A stretch of 57,854 nt of DNA, filler included, from Malacoraja senta (GCA_038087875.1; 3 parts of 3 records of this genome joined end to end with filler, not necessarily neighbours in it); one strand, 5' to 3'. Positions 26,641 to 40,425 are shown, numbered from the whole stretch's first letter. A program made the numbers and translations. Notes: a model not told the origin generated them from the letters alone.

Positions 26641-28277
26641 AAGTAAGTTCCAGGACGCAAGTTACAGATTCAGCAACGAAAAATATAACTGCCTGACAAA
26701 CAGCGATCGTACTAGTTTGATTCCAGGTATGCTGCACGAACCTACACAAATGTTCACTTTTGAAGATTCCCTCGAACAATGCACAACTAAGGAATCTGAT
26801 GTTTCACTCTGAAGACTGTTGACATACTCCAGAACTTAATTTCCAACCTATCTATGTATCATCAGCAATCTAGGCTACAGCGCCATCAGTCCCTTCATCT
26901 GCTCTTAATACCTACGATAAGTAGTTCACTTTCTTGCAATGATTCCCAACCTGCAGTTGCAGTTTCCCAACCTGAACACTCCTTTAAGACAACTCTCTGC
27001 TTGCTCTTAATTGTTTTTCCATTCATGCTAATTATTACCCCCAATGTCATAAGCCATGTGCCTTTGCAACACTTGATCAGATATCTTATGAAAATCCAGA
27101 TATTGTGGCGACATCTGGTGGTCAGGCCACTTATTGCTAGAACCCTCGTCAGGGGAGCTGGGACTATCACGTGAGTGACAGGGTTTTGGTGGGAGTTGGT
27201 GATGAGTTAATCGCCAGTCAACTGGTGTGCCCGATTACAACGGCAGGAACTTTGCTCAAGTCCTTACTAAACATGAATGTGCCAAAACTGTATTTCTGTA
27301 AAAAAAACATTGATTTGTTCACGACGTTTGGATCTCTACAATATATTGTATTTCTTTTGTTTCTCATTCCAATTTTGTTACCTATTCTGCTTTTCCATCA
27401 TTTTGTTTTTGAATTTTAGGCGTTTCACACCTGCTGCTCAAATATACATTGTCTACGGGTTCCTGTTGCATTTTCAAAGAATTCTAATCAATTTCTCAAA
27501 CAAAGTTTGAAGAAGGGTCCCAAAATGAAACGTCACCTGTCCATGTGTAAGAAGAAACTGCAAATGCTGGTTTACACCGAAGATGGACACAAATTGCTGG
27601 AATAACTCAGCTGGTCAGGCAGCATTTCTGGAGAAAAGGAATAGGTGATGAATCCATGTTCGCCAGAGATGCTGCCTGTTCCGCTGAGTTACTCCAGCAT
27701 TTTGTGTCTATCATGTATATTCTTTCCACTGACTGATTAGCACGTAACAAAAGCTTTTCACTGTACCTCAATACATGTGACAATAAACTAAACTAAAGAT
27801 TTTGTGTAAATCAGTATCTGCATCTCTTTCTTTCTACAATTTTCCTGTTAATGCCCTGATAATACACTTTATTGTTTTGTTATTACTTAAATGTTCTGCC
27901 ATTATTGAAAGGAATCCAATGTTAGTTTATATAGGGTTAAAGCTTTCTGCTTCCAATTCACCTTCTTTCTTGAATTAAGTTGTGACTGTGATGGTGCCAT
28001 AGATCATAGAGTTGTACAGAACATATATTGTCCCTTTGCCATGCTTCAGAACTCCGTGATTCAAAACACCATATCATCTTATATACCTTGAAAAGTGCCA
28101 AAGATAGACACAAAATGCTGGAGTAACTCAGCGGTCAGGTAACATCTCTAGAGAAAAGGAATAGATGGCATTTCGGGTCGAGACCCTTCTTCACTCTGAA
28201 GTCTTCAGACAGTGCCCATCTATTTAGCTGCACAGCTTAACAATTGATTTGTAAAATTATGCATTCTTATTTTTCAG

Positions 28278-28385
28278 AAGGAAATAGGAAGAAAGAAAGG
28301 CACATAGGCCTTATTGCCGTGTGTGTGCTGATATTGCTGGCTATTGCCTTGGCAGTAATTGTTTGGTGGAGAAAAAAGAGGAGAG
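28278..28385 (+). CDS. Transmembrane exon of the MHC class I-like gene
   Basis: 108-bp phase 1-1 exon, acceptor ttcttatttttcag, donor G|gtaaga; (Q)GNRKKERHIGLIAVCVLILLAIALAVIVWWRKKRRG = hydrophobic span plus basic stop-transfer; in frame with alpha-3. Confidence 0.85.
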
Positions 28386-31300
28386 GTAAGATGGAAAAAT
28401 TGTGACGCACTGTTGCTAGTAAAGGTATTGGGCTTGAAGAAATGAACGATCTCAAGTAGGATAAGGCAGCAGCTACACCTGAAATGCCTCGACAGTCACC
28501 ACTGTCAACTAGCCTTTGTGCTGTTGTTAAATGTTTCTGATAATCAGATATTTAAAAATTGTGAATTCAGTGTAAAAAAATGTTATACATTATGGATTCA
28601 CTGCCCCAAATCCTAGAAATATCAACGAGTCATTATAAAGTACAGCATGGAAGCAGTCCTTTCGGCCCACCGTGTCCATGCCAACCACCAACCCACCTGT
28701 TCTCATGAATTCTATCTCATTGCACCTTCTCATCCAGTCACCCACCCACTAGGGGAAATTTACAGTGGCCAATTAAACTATAAACTGACACATCTTAGGA
28801 TGTGTGAGGAAACCGGAGCCCCTGGAGGGATCCAATGCGGTTTCACGGAGAACGTGCAAACTCCACATAGATGGCACTCAAGGTCAAAATTGAACCCGGG
28901 TCTGTGTCGCTGTGAGGCAGCAGCTCTACGAGTTGTGACACTGTGCTGATCTGTTGGGGGCTCGCACTGTTCATGATCCAAGTCAGCTATGAGGCAGATT
29001 GGTTGCAGTTTAACATTTACTAGTTTTGTTTAGTTTAATTTAGAGATACAGTAACGAAACAGGCCCAGCGCTGACCAGTGATCCCCGCACATTAACACTA
29101 TCCTATACACGCACACCAAGCCAATTAACCTACATACCTGTACGTCTTTGGAGTGTGGGAGGAAACCTTAGATCTCGGAGAAAACCCACGCGGTCACGGG
29201 GAGAACGTACAAACTCTGTACAGACAGCATCAGTAGTCGGGATCGAACCCGGGTCTCCGGTGCTGCAAGCACTGTAAGGCAGCAACTCTACCGCTGCACA
29301 CAGTAGCTGCCACCAAGGCCGCTGTTGCTGGAAAACTCCAAATTAAGTGGGAATGTGAGTAGTGGGAGAAATGGTTCAAGGTGGAAAGCCGAATGAATGA
29401 GCAACAACATGACAGGTGGACTACAATGTGAAACAGGACAGCACAGAGACAGAGACCTGAATTAAATACCGACATCGGCTGTTGTATCTGTAGAGTTTGC
29501 ATGTTGTTCCTGTGACCATGTGGGTTTCCCCAGGTGCTCTGGTTTCCTCCCACATCCCCAAAACATTGTTTGGTAGGTTAGTTGTCCCCTAGATTGTGCA
29601 TGATACAATGTGGGGAGAGCTGATGAGAATGTGGGACAACTATAGGATTAGTGTACATGAATGGTTGGTGCAGGTCAGTGGGACAAAGGCCATGTTTGTA
29701 TGCTGCATATTTCCATGACTCTATATGATGTAGAAAGATGTTGACTATTTTTGATTTATAAGATTGGGAAAGACTGTGAGGGACAGTGCTATAGTAACTC
29801 AGCAGGTCAGGCAACATCCCTGGAGACCATGGATAGGTGACAATCTGGTTCGAGACTCTCCAGGCAAATTACAATGGGTATTCCTCCGCTTATGTCTGAC
29901 AGTAGTGTACAGATGCACCTCAACCACTGACTTGCTCAACAAGTGCTTAAATTAGTTGACTTAAAGTATGTTTGGAGTAACATGCAGCAGTCCTTAAAAT
30001 CTACCATTTCCCAAATCCCAAGAGAGCTGGATGATCAGGGTTTTAGTGTAATCTATATCACTGGTTTCTTGCCTGTGATCACACTGTTGTAAGATATATT
30101 CTGGTGATGAATTGCAGTTCACTTTCCTCCTGTGTAAAGGAGTTATTGTGTTGAATATAACAAGTGGAAGGGAAAGTCAGTGTAGGATTTAGAGTTTGTA
30201 CATAATGCAGCATGGTGGTGCAGCTGGTAGAACTGCTGCCTCACAACGCCAGAGACCCAGGTTCAATCTGGACCTCGGGTACTGTCTACGTGGAGTTTGC
30301 ACGTTCTCCTTGTGACTATGTTGGCTTCCTCAGGGAGCTCCGGTTTCCTCCCATATCCCAAAGATGAGCAGGTGTGCAGGTAATCATCCTCGGTAAGTCA
30401 CCCTGATAGTGTAGGGGTGGATGGGAAATCTATTATGAATGGGTGATTGCTGGTTAGTATGGATTTGGTGGCACAAATGGCCTGTTTACACACTGTATCA
30501 CTGTTTTCAAGAGAGAGTTAGATTTAGCTCTTAGGGCTAAGGGAGTCAAGGGATATGGGGAAAAAGCCAGATCAGAGTATTAATTTTGGATGATCAGCCA
30601 TGATTGTATTGAATGGCGGTGCTGGCTCAAAGGGCCGAATAGCCTATTCCTGCACCTATTTTTTTATGTTTCTATCTTTCTATTAAATAAACTAAATTGG
30701 AAGACAGAAGGTATGGACTGATGCATCTTCACGCCAGCTGTAAATGTCATAAACTGTGAGAATTGATTGCAAATGTTATACAATGTTATAAACTAAACTG
30801 GGTGATCAAAATGACAGGATGGATGAAGAGCAGAGTTTTCATTGAAATAACAGACGTGCAGCTTTCTCGAGCACTTGGCCTTGGTTGTGTATAATTTCCT
30901 CTTCAAAATACATTGCTGGTCTGAGACACCATTCAGCAAGTATATTTCCTGAAATTGAGATTCTGCTTTCATGGTATCAAGATGTCTAACATCTCCAGCA
31001 CCCAGATCAGAGCCTTGCCAAAACTAAGAATGCAGCAACAATTTAGTCATTGAACATCAACGACATGCATATTTGAACTGAGGCAATGGTTAGCTTATTA
31101 TCACTGTAAACCAGTCATGGTCATGGGTCTGCCATTGTGGTCACTATTAGTGAGGGTGATTAACTATCATTTAGCAGTGAAACGGAAAAGAATTGGCTTT
31201 TCAAGCCCACGGAGCCATAGAGTCATACGGCATGGAAATGGGCCCTTTGCCTCAACTTGGCCATGCCAACCAAGATGCCATGTTTAAACTACAATTTTCC

Positions 31301-31759
31301 TGCAATTGACCCATATCTCACTGAACCTTTCCTATCTACAGTGTGTACCTGTCCAAGTGTGTTCTAAATGTTTTTTAATACCTGCCTCAACTCCTTCCCC
31401 TGGAATGTTCTTCCATATTTCCACTTCCTCTGGTTCCGAGTAACTCGTTTCCTTCTCACCTTAAACCTAAGTCCTCTGGTTCTTGATTACATAAGGCTGG
31501 TTAAAAGATTCTGTGCAATCAATCTATCTATGCTCCTTGATTTTATAAACTTCTATAAGATCACCCCTCAGCCTCTTGCGTGCCAAGGACTAAAGTCCAA
31601 GCATTGTCATCCTCTCCCTGAGTCGCAGGCCCTGTTAATGACATCCTTCCGATAGTGGAGTGACCAAAACTTAACACAATACTCCAAATGTGGCCTCACC
31701 AACATCTTGTATAACTGTAGCAGAACATCCCAACTTTTTTATTCAGTACCTTTCTTTTA

Positions 31760-34700
31760 CAATTTTTTAATTGTTTTTTTTCCAAAAAACAAAAACAAAA
31801 ATAAAACATAAAAAACAGAGCAAAAAGAATAATGATAAACATAACAATGGTATTGATACATAGGGATCAGGATTAAACACATTAATAACAGGTATAAACT
31901 AATATGAGACCAGTGTCAAAATACACAATGAATTTAGACCTCTCGGTCTCTATGTAAATATAGTTAAATCTTTAAAAGGAAACATAAATGTAAAAAAAAG
32001 GAAAGATAAAAAGACAAAAAGGAAAAGAAAAAACAAAACACCCCTAAACTAAAAAAAAGGTTTTAAAAATTGATAATAATAAAATAAGAATAAAAATAAA
32101 ATAAATAAATAAAACAAACAAAACAGAGCAAAACCGAATCTGAACTGAGAAATTCAACAATTTAAGTCTGTTTGTCGTCAAGTCCGTTCCACCCTATGAA
32201 GGTAAAATAATTTTTATAACGGTTAAAGAGGGATCAATTTATGTTGTATGAAAGTGTTCAATAAATTTTCCCCAAGTCTTATCAAATTTAACCAAGGGTT
32301 CAACAATGTCACCTGATTTTTTCTAAATTTAAACATGATATCGTTTCAGAATACCACTGGAGTGTGGTCGGAGGGTTGGAATCTTTCCATTTAAAGAAAA
32401 TAAATCTTCTGGCAATTTATGTGGTAAAAGCAATCAACCGATGGGCAGAGTGGGACAAATGAATAGAATCTAACATTGGTAACCCAAAAATTGCAGTAAT
32501 AGGATGAGGTTGTAAATCTATACCTAAGACTACCGAAATAGTATCAACAATTTCTTTCCAATATTTTTCCAAAAGAGGGCAGGACCAAAACATATGGGTC
32601 AGTGATGCCACTTCAGAGTTACATCTGTCGCAGGTAGGATTTATATGACGAGAAAAACGAGCTAACTTATCTTTTGACATATGAGCTCTGTGGACCACCT
32701 CAAATTGTATCAAAGCGTGTCTTGCACACATTGAAGAGGTATTAACTAATTGAAGGATCCTCTCCCATTTCTCTATAAAGAAATTTGGAGTTCTCATTCC
32801 CAGTCATTCTTAATTTTATCAAATGTATCTATTTGTAATTTTAAAATCAACTCATGAATAGTCGTTATTAATCCTTTCTGATAAGGGTTCAACTGTAAAA
32901 AAAATTCCCAAATTTCGGGTTGATGTGGTAGCGGAAAAAGGAGTAGTTCCTTTTGTCTAATTTGTAAATATCAAAAAAAATGTGAAGTAGGTAAGTTATA
33001 TTTATTGGAGAGTTCGAAAGACATAAAACAACCCTCCAAAATCAAATCACGAAAAGCTACTAATCCCTTCCTCTTCCATAACAAAAAAACTTGATCAGTA
33101 CTAGATGGTTGGAAGAGAAATTTGGATAAAATCAGATAGTCCAAAAAACTTACGAAATTGAAACCGTATTCGGAACGTATGTCTTATTATTGGGTTAGTC
33201 ATATATTTATTCAATCTCATAATTGTAAAAGGTAACGAGGTCCCTAGAATAGAAGCCAATTATAGCCCTTGTAAGGAATCACGTTCTCGGTTTATCCATC
33301 CAGGGCATTAGGTATCTTCTAAATCTTTTGTCCAAAATGTTAAATAACGAACATTGACTGCCCAATAGTAGAGTCTAAGGTTCGGCAATGCCAAACCACC
33401 AACTTTTTTTGATTTCTGTAGGTATATTTTACCTAGTCTGGGATTTTTATTCTGCCATATATATGAAGAAATTTTAGAGTCTATAATATCAAAGAAAGAT
33501 TTGGAAATAAAAATTGGTATCGTCTGAAATATATACAGAAATTTAGGTAAAATGAACATTTTAATAGCATTGATTCGGCCAATTAAGGATAAGGACTTTG
33601 GTGACCATTTAATAATAATAATAATAGATTTTATTTATACAGCGCTTTTCAGGACTCAAAGTCGCTTTACATTGAGAGTCAGGAATAAACAAAACAAAAT
33701 AGAGCAGTAAGACAGAGATGCAAAGGGGAGGGGAACATGGGACTAAGGGTATGCAGAGATGAAGAGATGGGTCTTGAGGCGGGACTGGAAGATGATGAGG
33801 GACTCAGAATTTCGGACCAGTTGTGGGAGGGAATTCCAGAGCCTGGGAGCTGCCCTGGAGAAGGCTCTGCTTCCAAAAGTGCGGAGGTTTGATTTCGGAG
33901 TGGAGAGATGACCAGCTGATGTGGATCTGAGGGACCGTGAGGGTTGGTAGGGGGAGAGGAGGTCAGTGAGATAAGGGGGGGCCAAGTTGTTGAGGGCTTT
34001 GTAGGTGAGGACCAGGATTTTGTAGATGATCCGGTGGGAAATGGGAAGCCAGTGAAGTTCTTTGAGAACTGGGGTGATGTGGTGCCAGGATTTGGTGTGG
34101 GTAATGAGTCGAGCGGCTGCATTCTGGACCAGTTGGAGTCGGTTGATGCTGCTGGAATTGATTCCAAAGAGAAGTGAGTTACAGTAGTCCAGTCGGGAGG
34201 AGATGAAGGCATGGATGAGTCTTTCAGCAGCGGGGGGTGTGAGAGAGGATCTGCTTTTGGCAATGTTGCGGAGGTGAAAAAATGATGTTTTGACAACATG
34301 GCGGATGTGAGGCTCAAGGGAGAGGGTTGAGTCAAAGATCACGCCAAGGTTGCGGGCCTGAGGAGATGGGGAGACAATGGTGCCGTCAATAATGAGAGTG
34401 GGGTTGTTAATTTTAGTGAGTGTTGATTTGGAGCCAATGAGGAGAAATTCTGTTTTGTTACAGGATGTTATGGTTGATGGTATCGAAGGCTGCACTCAGG
34501 TCGAGGATGAGGATATTGAGGGAGCCAGTGTCAGCAGAGGTAAGGAGGTCATTGAGGACTTTCAGGAGAGCAGTTTCTGTGCTATGGAGGGGACGAAAGC
34601 CAGATTGGAGGGGTTCGAATAGGTTATACGCGAGGAGGTGGGAATGAAGTTGTGACGCGACGATACGCTCCAGGGTTTTTGAAAGATAGGGGAGGTTTGA

Positions 34701-37670
34701 GATAGGGCGTTAGTTAATGAGAGAGGAGGGATCAAGACCAGGTTTCTTTAAGATTGGTGTGACAGCAGCAGTTTTGAAAGCAGAGGGGACAATTCCTTGG
34801 GACAATGAGGAGTTGAAAAGATTAGTGAGGTAGGGGCAGAGAGCAGGGAGGCAGGACTTCAGCAGGGGAGTGGGGAGAGGGTTAAGGGAGCAGGCAGTGG
34901 GTTTGGAAGAGCTGATGAGTTTGGAGATTTCAGTAGGGGTGACCGGGTCAAACTGGAAGAGGAAGCAGTGAACCGATTTAGTGAACTGATGTTTAATATG
35001 GTCAATTAAAGGAATAAAATTAGCTTTAAATTAATCCTTGTGTTTCTTGGTGATCTTAATACCTAAATAAGTAAAACTTTCGGTAGTCCATCTAAATGGA
35101 AACTGTCCATAACTCGAAACAAAATTATTTAATGGGGAGGCTCACCCGTACTAAGATTTAGTTTATAACCAGAAAAACTACTGAATTGATTAAGTAATGC
35201 TACTATTGCCGGAATAGATTTCTCAGGGTTAGAAATAAATAATAACAGATCATCTGCATCAAGAGATATCTTATGTGTCTTATTCCCGCGGACAATACCA
35301 AAAATATTAGGGGATTCCCTAATAGCAGTGGCTAAAGTTTCCAAAGCAATATCAAATAGTAAAGGACTTAAGGGACAGCCCTGTCTAGTACCTTGAAAGA
35401 GCCTGAAAAAAAGGGGATCTCTGATTATTAGTAAATACAGAAGCCTGAGGTATAAGATATAGCAGTTTGATCCAAGAGATACATTTTGGACCAATCTTAA
35501 CTTTTTCAAGTATATTGAATAAGTATTCCATTCTACTCTATCAATAGCCTTCTCGGCATCAAGTGAGATAACACATTCTGGGGTTTTATTAGACGCTGTA
35601 TATACAATATTTATTAATCTCCTAACATTAAAGAATGAGTAACGATTTTTAATAAAACCTGTCTGATCTTCAGAGATAATTTGCGGTAAAATCTTTTCCA
35701 ATCTCATAGGTAATATTTTGGAAAGAATTTTAAAATCTACATTTAACATTGATATAGGTCTATATGATGTCACTTCAGTAGGGTCTTTATCTTTTTTTTA
35801 AATTAAAGAAATAAAAGCTTCATAAAAAGATTGTGGTAATCTATTCCTTAAAAAGGCTTCTTTAAATACCTTGCATAGCCATTGAGACAATAAATTTGAG
35901 AAATACTTTAAAAATTCTACTGTTAACCCATCTAAACCGGGAGCTTTACCAGAATTCATTGAAAAAATTGCTTTCTGTATTTCTTCTTCCGTGATGGGTT
36001 CATCTAACAACAGAGACTCATTGTATGGTAAATGTGGTAAGTTCAGTTTCTTTAAAAACTCATGCATTATATTGGAATCAGTAGGAAAATCTGATTGGTA
36101 TAGGGAGGTATAAAATTCCTGAAAGGATTTATTAATTTCGTCATGGTCTACAGTTACTGTACCATCCCGTTTACTCACTTTAGTAATCTGACGCTTGGCC
36201 AACACTGCTTCAATTGATTAGCAAGTAATTTACCAGATTTTTAGCCATTTATATAAAATTTACTTTTGGTTTTAAGCAACTGGTTCTCAATCGGTGATAC
36301 TAATAACAAATCATATCTCAATTGAAGTTCAACTCTATTCTTATAGAGCTCTAAACTAGCTTTTGAATATTTTTTATCAATTTCTTTAATCTCGTCAGCC
36401 AATGTGCGTATTCCTTTTTGTGTTTGTTTTTTTAATCCCGCGGAGTATGAAATAATTTGTCCACGAATATATGCCTTAAAAGCATCCCAAACTATACCAT
36501 TGGATATCTCTTCATTAGAGTTTGTCAAGAAGTAAAAAGCAATCTGATCTTTCATAAACTTAATAAAGTTTGAGTCTTGAAGCAAAGTAGCATTAAATCG
36601 CCATTGTTTAGCACTAAACTTGGAATCAGGTAGTTTGATCAATAGTTTCACTGGTGCATGATCAGAAATAGCAATTGTATCATACTCGCATGCAATGACC
36701 GATGGAACTAGCCGAGAATCTAGTATAAAATAGTCGATCCTAGAATAACTATGAAATACATGAGAGAAAAATGAAAATTCTTTGTCATTTGCGTGTAAGA
36801 ATCTCCAAATTTCTAACATTCCCGAGTCAAGTAAAAAAGAATTAAAAAAATTAGCTGATATATTTGGAAGCACATGATCAGATGTAGACCTATCAATCGA
36901 GGGATTCAAACAGCAATTGAAGTCTCCATCCATTATTAAAAAGTGTTCATTTAAATTAGGAAAGGATGCAATTAACTGTTTAAAAAACTCAGGGTGATCA
37001 ATATTTGGTGCATAGACATTCACCAAAGCCACTTTTTTCCTAAAAAGGACAGCGGTAATCACCAAGAATCTGCCATATGGATCAGAAATTGTTTCATGGT
37101 AAACAAACGGAATTGAGGAGTCAATAAAAATAGAGACTACCTTTCACCTTAGCCTGTAAATTTGAATGAAACTGCTGTCCTCTCCAAAACTTGAAAAATC
37201 GTGACTTGTCATCTTGCCTTACATGAGTTTGCTGAACAAAGATAATCTGAGCATTAAGTCTGTGAAGAACTTTAAAAAAAAAAATCCTCTTAATGGGATG
37301 GTTCAAGCCATTCACATTCCATGAAAGGATATTAGTAACTTTATCCATATTGCTTGTAAAAATCATGTGGGATGTAATGGGTTAATTTCTTGAAGCCTAA
37401 AAGTTCATAATACTGGATGTAGAAAAATCTAGGGCGGAGCCAGAAGTGATGACATTTCAGCCAACTTTGTAGTTCAGAATTTGCACAAATGGAGTTCACT
37501 AAATAGGGAACAAAAGACCCCTCCCCCCTCCCACCCCTGTAGAACCCCAAACTGACCAATGGACAGTCAGCAAACTACCTAATCCCCTCCCCGATCCCAT
37601 CTCTCCCAGTAACAGCGCTCAGCATAAAAAGAATAATATTTAACCACTACGTCATAACACATTCGTTATT
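31760..37670 (-). mobile_element. L1-clade LINE, near-complete decayed ORF2, 5'-truncated before ORF1
   Basis: ILSWNVNGLN (37121-37366), GDFN..YSRIDYF..SDH (36241-37065), KAPGLDG, YRPISMLNVDFKILSK..QGCPLSP..ADD (35129-35773), CDRC..HMFWSC (32417-32797); A-rich tail. Confidence 0.88.
33611..34975 (-). mobile_element. L2-clade LINE fragment nested in L1, with internal RT deletion
   Basis: KTEFLLIG..RNLGVIFD..HAFISSRLDYCNSLL..LQLVQNAAAR..HITPVLKELHWLP; (att)n tail; L1 frame rejoins across it (IKHQFTKWSPKSLSLIGR). Confidence 0.85.
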
Positions 37671-37739
37671 ATCTCTTTGAGAGAGAAGGAAAAAAAATAC
37701 AGACTGGCATGGAATGCTGCTTATTATTATTCAAGGTCA

Positions 37740-38600
37740 GGGTAGGGGGCGCTGCTCTGGGCAGCAGCCATGTCAGTTTTTTCAACTTTTTCTTATTTTT
37801 TAGTATGTTTTAAAGTATGTATGGTGTGTTGCTTTGTGTGTCTTGTGGGGGGGGTGGTGTGGGGGGGTAAGGGGGAAACCGCTTCGGTCGCCTCCTCCAT
37901 GGAGAGGCGACTTTTTCCTGGTCGCCTCCCCCGTGGCCTAACATCAAGGATCGGCGCGGCCTTTCCCGGAGACACGCCCGGGGCTTCAGCGGCGGGCGCA
38001 GCGTGGACTCTCGGCGTGGAGCGGGTGAGCCCTCGCTGAAGGGAAGCGCTCCGTTTCGCTGGCCCGGGGCAGCCGGCAGCCTGAAGTCGCAGCCTGAAGT
38101 CGCGGTCTGCAGAGCTCCAGCTGGTGCGGCGTCTACAGCCCGGGATCCCTCGTGGGGGACCCGGTGGGGGAAGAAGAAGCCATCACTGCCGGCCCGCGGC
38201 CAACTTCTACCGCGGGGCCGGCATGGACTTACCAACACCCCTGCAGGGGAGCTTCGACCGCCGGCCCTGCAGTCTACGGTGCTTGTGGCTGCGGCGGAGA
38301 CTTTAAATCTCGACAGCCGGCCTGCGGCCTACAACAACTTAAAGCCGCGGTCTCCGGTGAGGAAGAGCCGATCCTGGACTGACTCTGGACTCTGGTCCTG
38401 TTCACGGAGGGGAAATGGAGGAGGATTGGCCAAATTTTTGTGCCTTCCACCACAGTGTTGAATGCTGTGGTGGATGTTTGTGTTACATTTTTTTTTTTTA
38501 TTGTGGTTGTGTGTTCTTATTATTGTATCGCTGCTGACAACCCAAAATTCCACCAGCTTGGCTGTGTGGTCATTAAAAATACTATACTATACTATACTAT
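37740..38600 (+). repeat. GC-rich interspersed repeat family (copy 4)
   Basis: gtgccttccaccacagtg motif, TG-rich segment, (actat)n tail. Confidence 0.5.
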
Positions 38601-39270
38601 CTAAAAAGTTTCAGAAGTGATAAATCTGGCTGTAAAATTTTAAAATCGCCCATGGTTCTGAAGTGGGTTTGTACATGCAAAAAGGAAATGCTTCTGAAGC
38701 TAAATTTATCATTAAAGAAATCTCCAGACTTACGAGTGATGTGTAGAAAGGTTTTCTATCATTATGCTATTGAGATGTATATTTTGGCAAATAATAAAAT
38801 GTCCTGACAGCTTAAACACCCACTGTCCTTCAATAGGATATTGTCAATTTGCTGAGGTTGATTATGTCCAATTAACAGCTAACAATTATGCCATTCCTTG
38901 GCTTGCATCTGAGTAAAATGTAATTTGGGTGATCACAGAGGAAGAGGACTTAACCTTTTGATGCCGTGGACAGTGGAACATTTTGATTCTGTTGTGGGGG
39001 GAAGTTCATGTTGAATTCTATAATGTGTTGTGTCATTATTTCTTTTATGTAAAGCACTTTGGTTTCAACGCGAGTTGATTTAAACATGCTATATAAATAA
39101 AATGTACTTACTTACTTACGTATGGTTTGTGATTTTTTTACCCACACCCACCTAAAACCACCCTCACCCACTCGAAACCACCCTCACCAACCACACCCAC
39201 CCTCACCCACCGGAAACCACCCACACCCACCCGAAACCACCCTCACCCACCCGAAACCACCCTCACCCAC

Positions 39271-40425
39271 GCTTACAGGGTCTTGGTGAGACCACACCTG
39301 GAGTATTGCGTACAGTTTTTGTCTCCTAATCTGAGGAAAGACATTCTTGCCATAGAGGGAGTACAGAGAAGGTTCACCAGACTGATTCCTGGGATGTCAG
39401 AACTTTCATATGAAGAAAGACGGGATAGACTCGGCTTGTACTCGCTGGAATTTAGAAGATTGAGGGGGGGATCTTATAAAAACTTACAAAATTCTTCAGG
39501 GGTTGGACAGGCTAGATGCAGGAAGATTGAACCCGATGTTGGGGAAGTCCAGAACAAGGGGTCACAGTTTAAGGATAAGCGGGAAGTCTTTTAGGACCAA
39601 GATGAGAAAAACATTTTTTTTTCACACAGAGAGTGGTGAATCTGTGGAATTCTCTGCCACAGAAGGTAGTTGAGGCCAGTTCATTGGCTATATTTAAGAG
39701 GGAGTTAGATGTGGCCCTTGTGGCTAAAGGGATCAGGGGATATGGAGAGAAGGCAGGTACAGGATACTGAGTTGGATGATCAGCCATCTTCTTCTGTCGT
39801 GTGTCTTTTAGACCTGCAGCTCTGTTGAGGCGAGCCAGGCCAATGTATCATCGTCCAGGTCAATCAGACCTCGTTCACCGTTCGGTGGCCGATGTGTGCC
39901 CCACTGTCTGTGTTGGGTCCCCACACTCGCAGGAGGCACTCGCTGTCCACGAGGCCCCCACCTCTTCATCACTACTCCATAGCGTCCTCAAGCGGTTGAG
40001 GGTTGACCACTGCTTTCGGGGCAGGTCCTGGCCAGGGACGTCCATGGGGTCATCGATGTAATGGTGTAGCCTAGATGTTTCCGCTGACTTCAACTGGTCT
40101 CTCCATCTCGTCTTGACCAGCTGGTCAAAGACAGCCTCTACGCGGCCTCCTCTACGAGTAGCTTACAGGATCATAAGCCCAACAAGCGAAACCAATGTCT
40201 TTACCACGTCTGCAGACCGCTAAAAGCCATGCCTCCCCAGGCCAGGCGGCACCGTTAAATGCCGCCAACTGTCGAGGTTTAGCGCTACTGCAGCTCAATG
40301 TTGAAGGCCTTACCACCGCCAAGCTCAACGTCATCGAACAGATGATCAGCCATGATCACATTGAATGACGGTGCTGGCTCGAAGGGCCGAATGGCCTACT
40401 CCTGCACCAATTGTCTATGTTTCTA
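39271..40425 (+). mobile_element. 5'-truncated CR1 LINE 3' portion
   Basis: [31 protein letters not shown]; CR1 3' UTR and ctatgttt tail; interrupted by the Vingi-like insertion. Confidence 0.85.
39788..40340 (-). mobile_element. Vingi-like LINE insertion with 5' inversion
   Basis: 13-bp TSD gatgatcagccat (39775-39787, 40341-40353); 3' part on minus (QWSTLNRLR..CECGDPTQT); 5' part on plus (LLQLNVEGLTTAKLNVIEQ, endonuclease N-terminus). Confidence 0.75.

Noticed and set aside
29855-29955. ANYNGYSSAYV* as a cytoplasmic-tail exon
   Set aside because: Needs phase 0 whereas the TM exon ends in phase 1, and the apparent acceptor is part of a repeat remnant.
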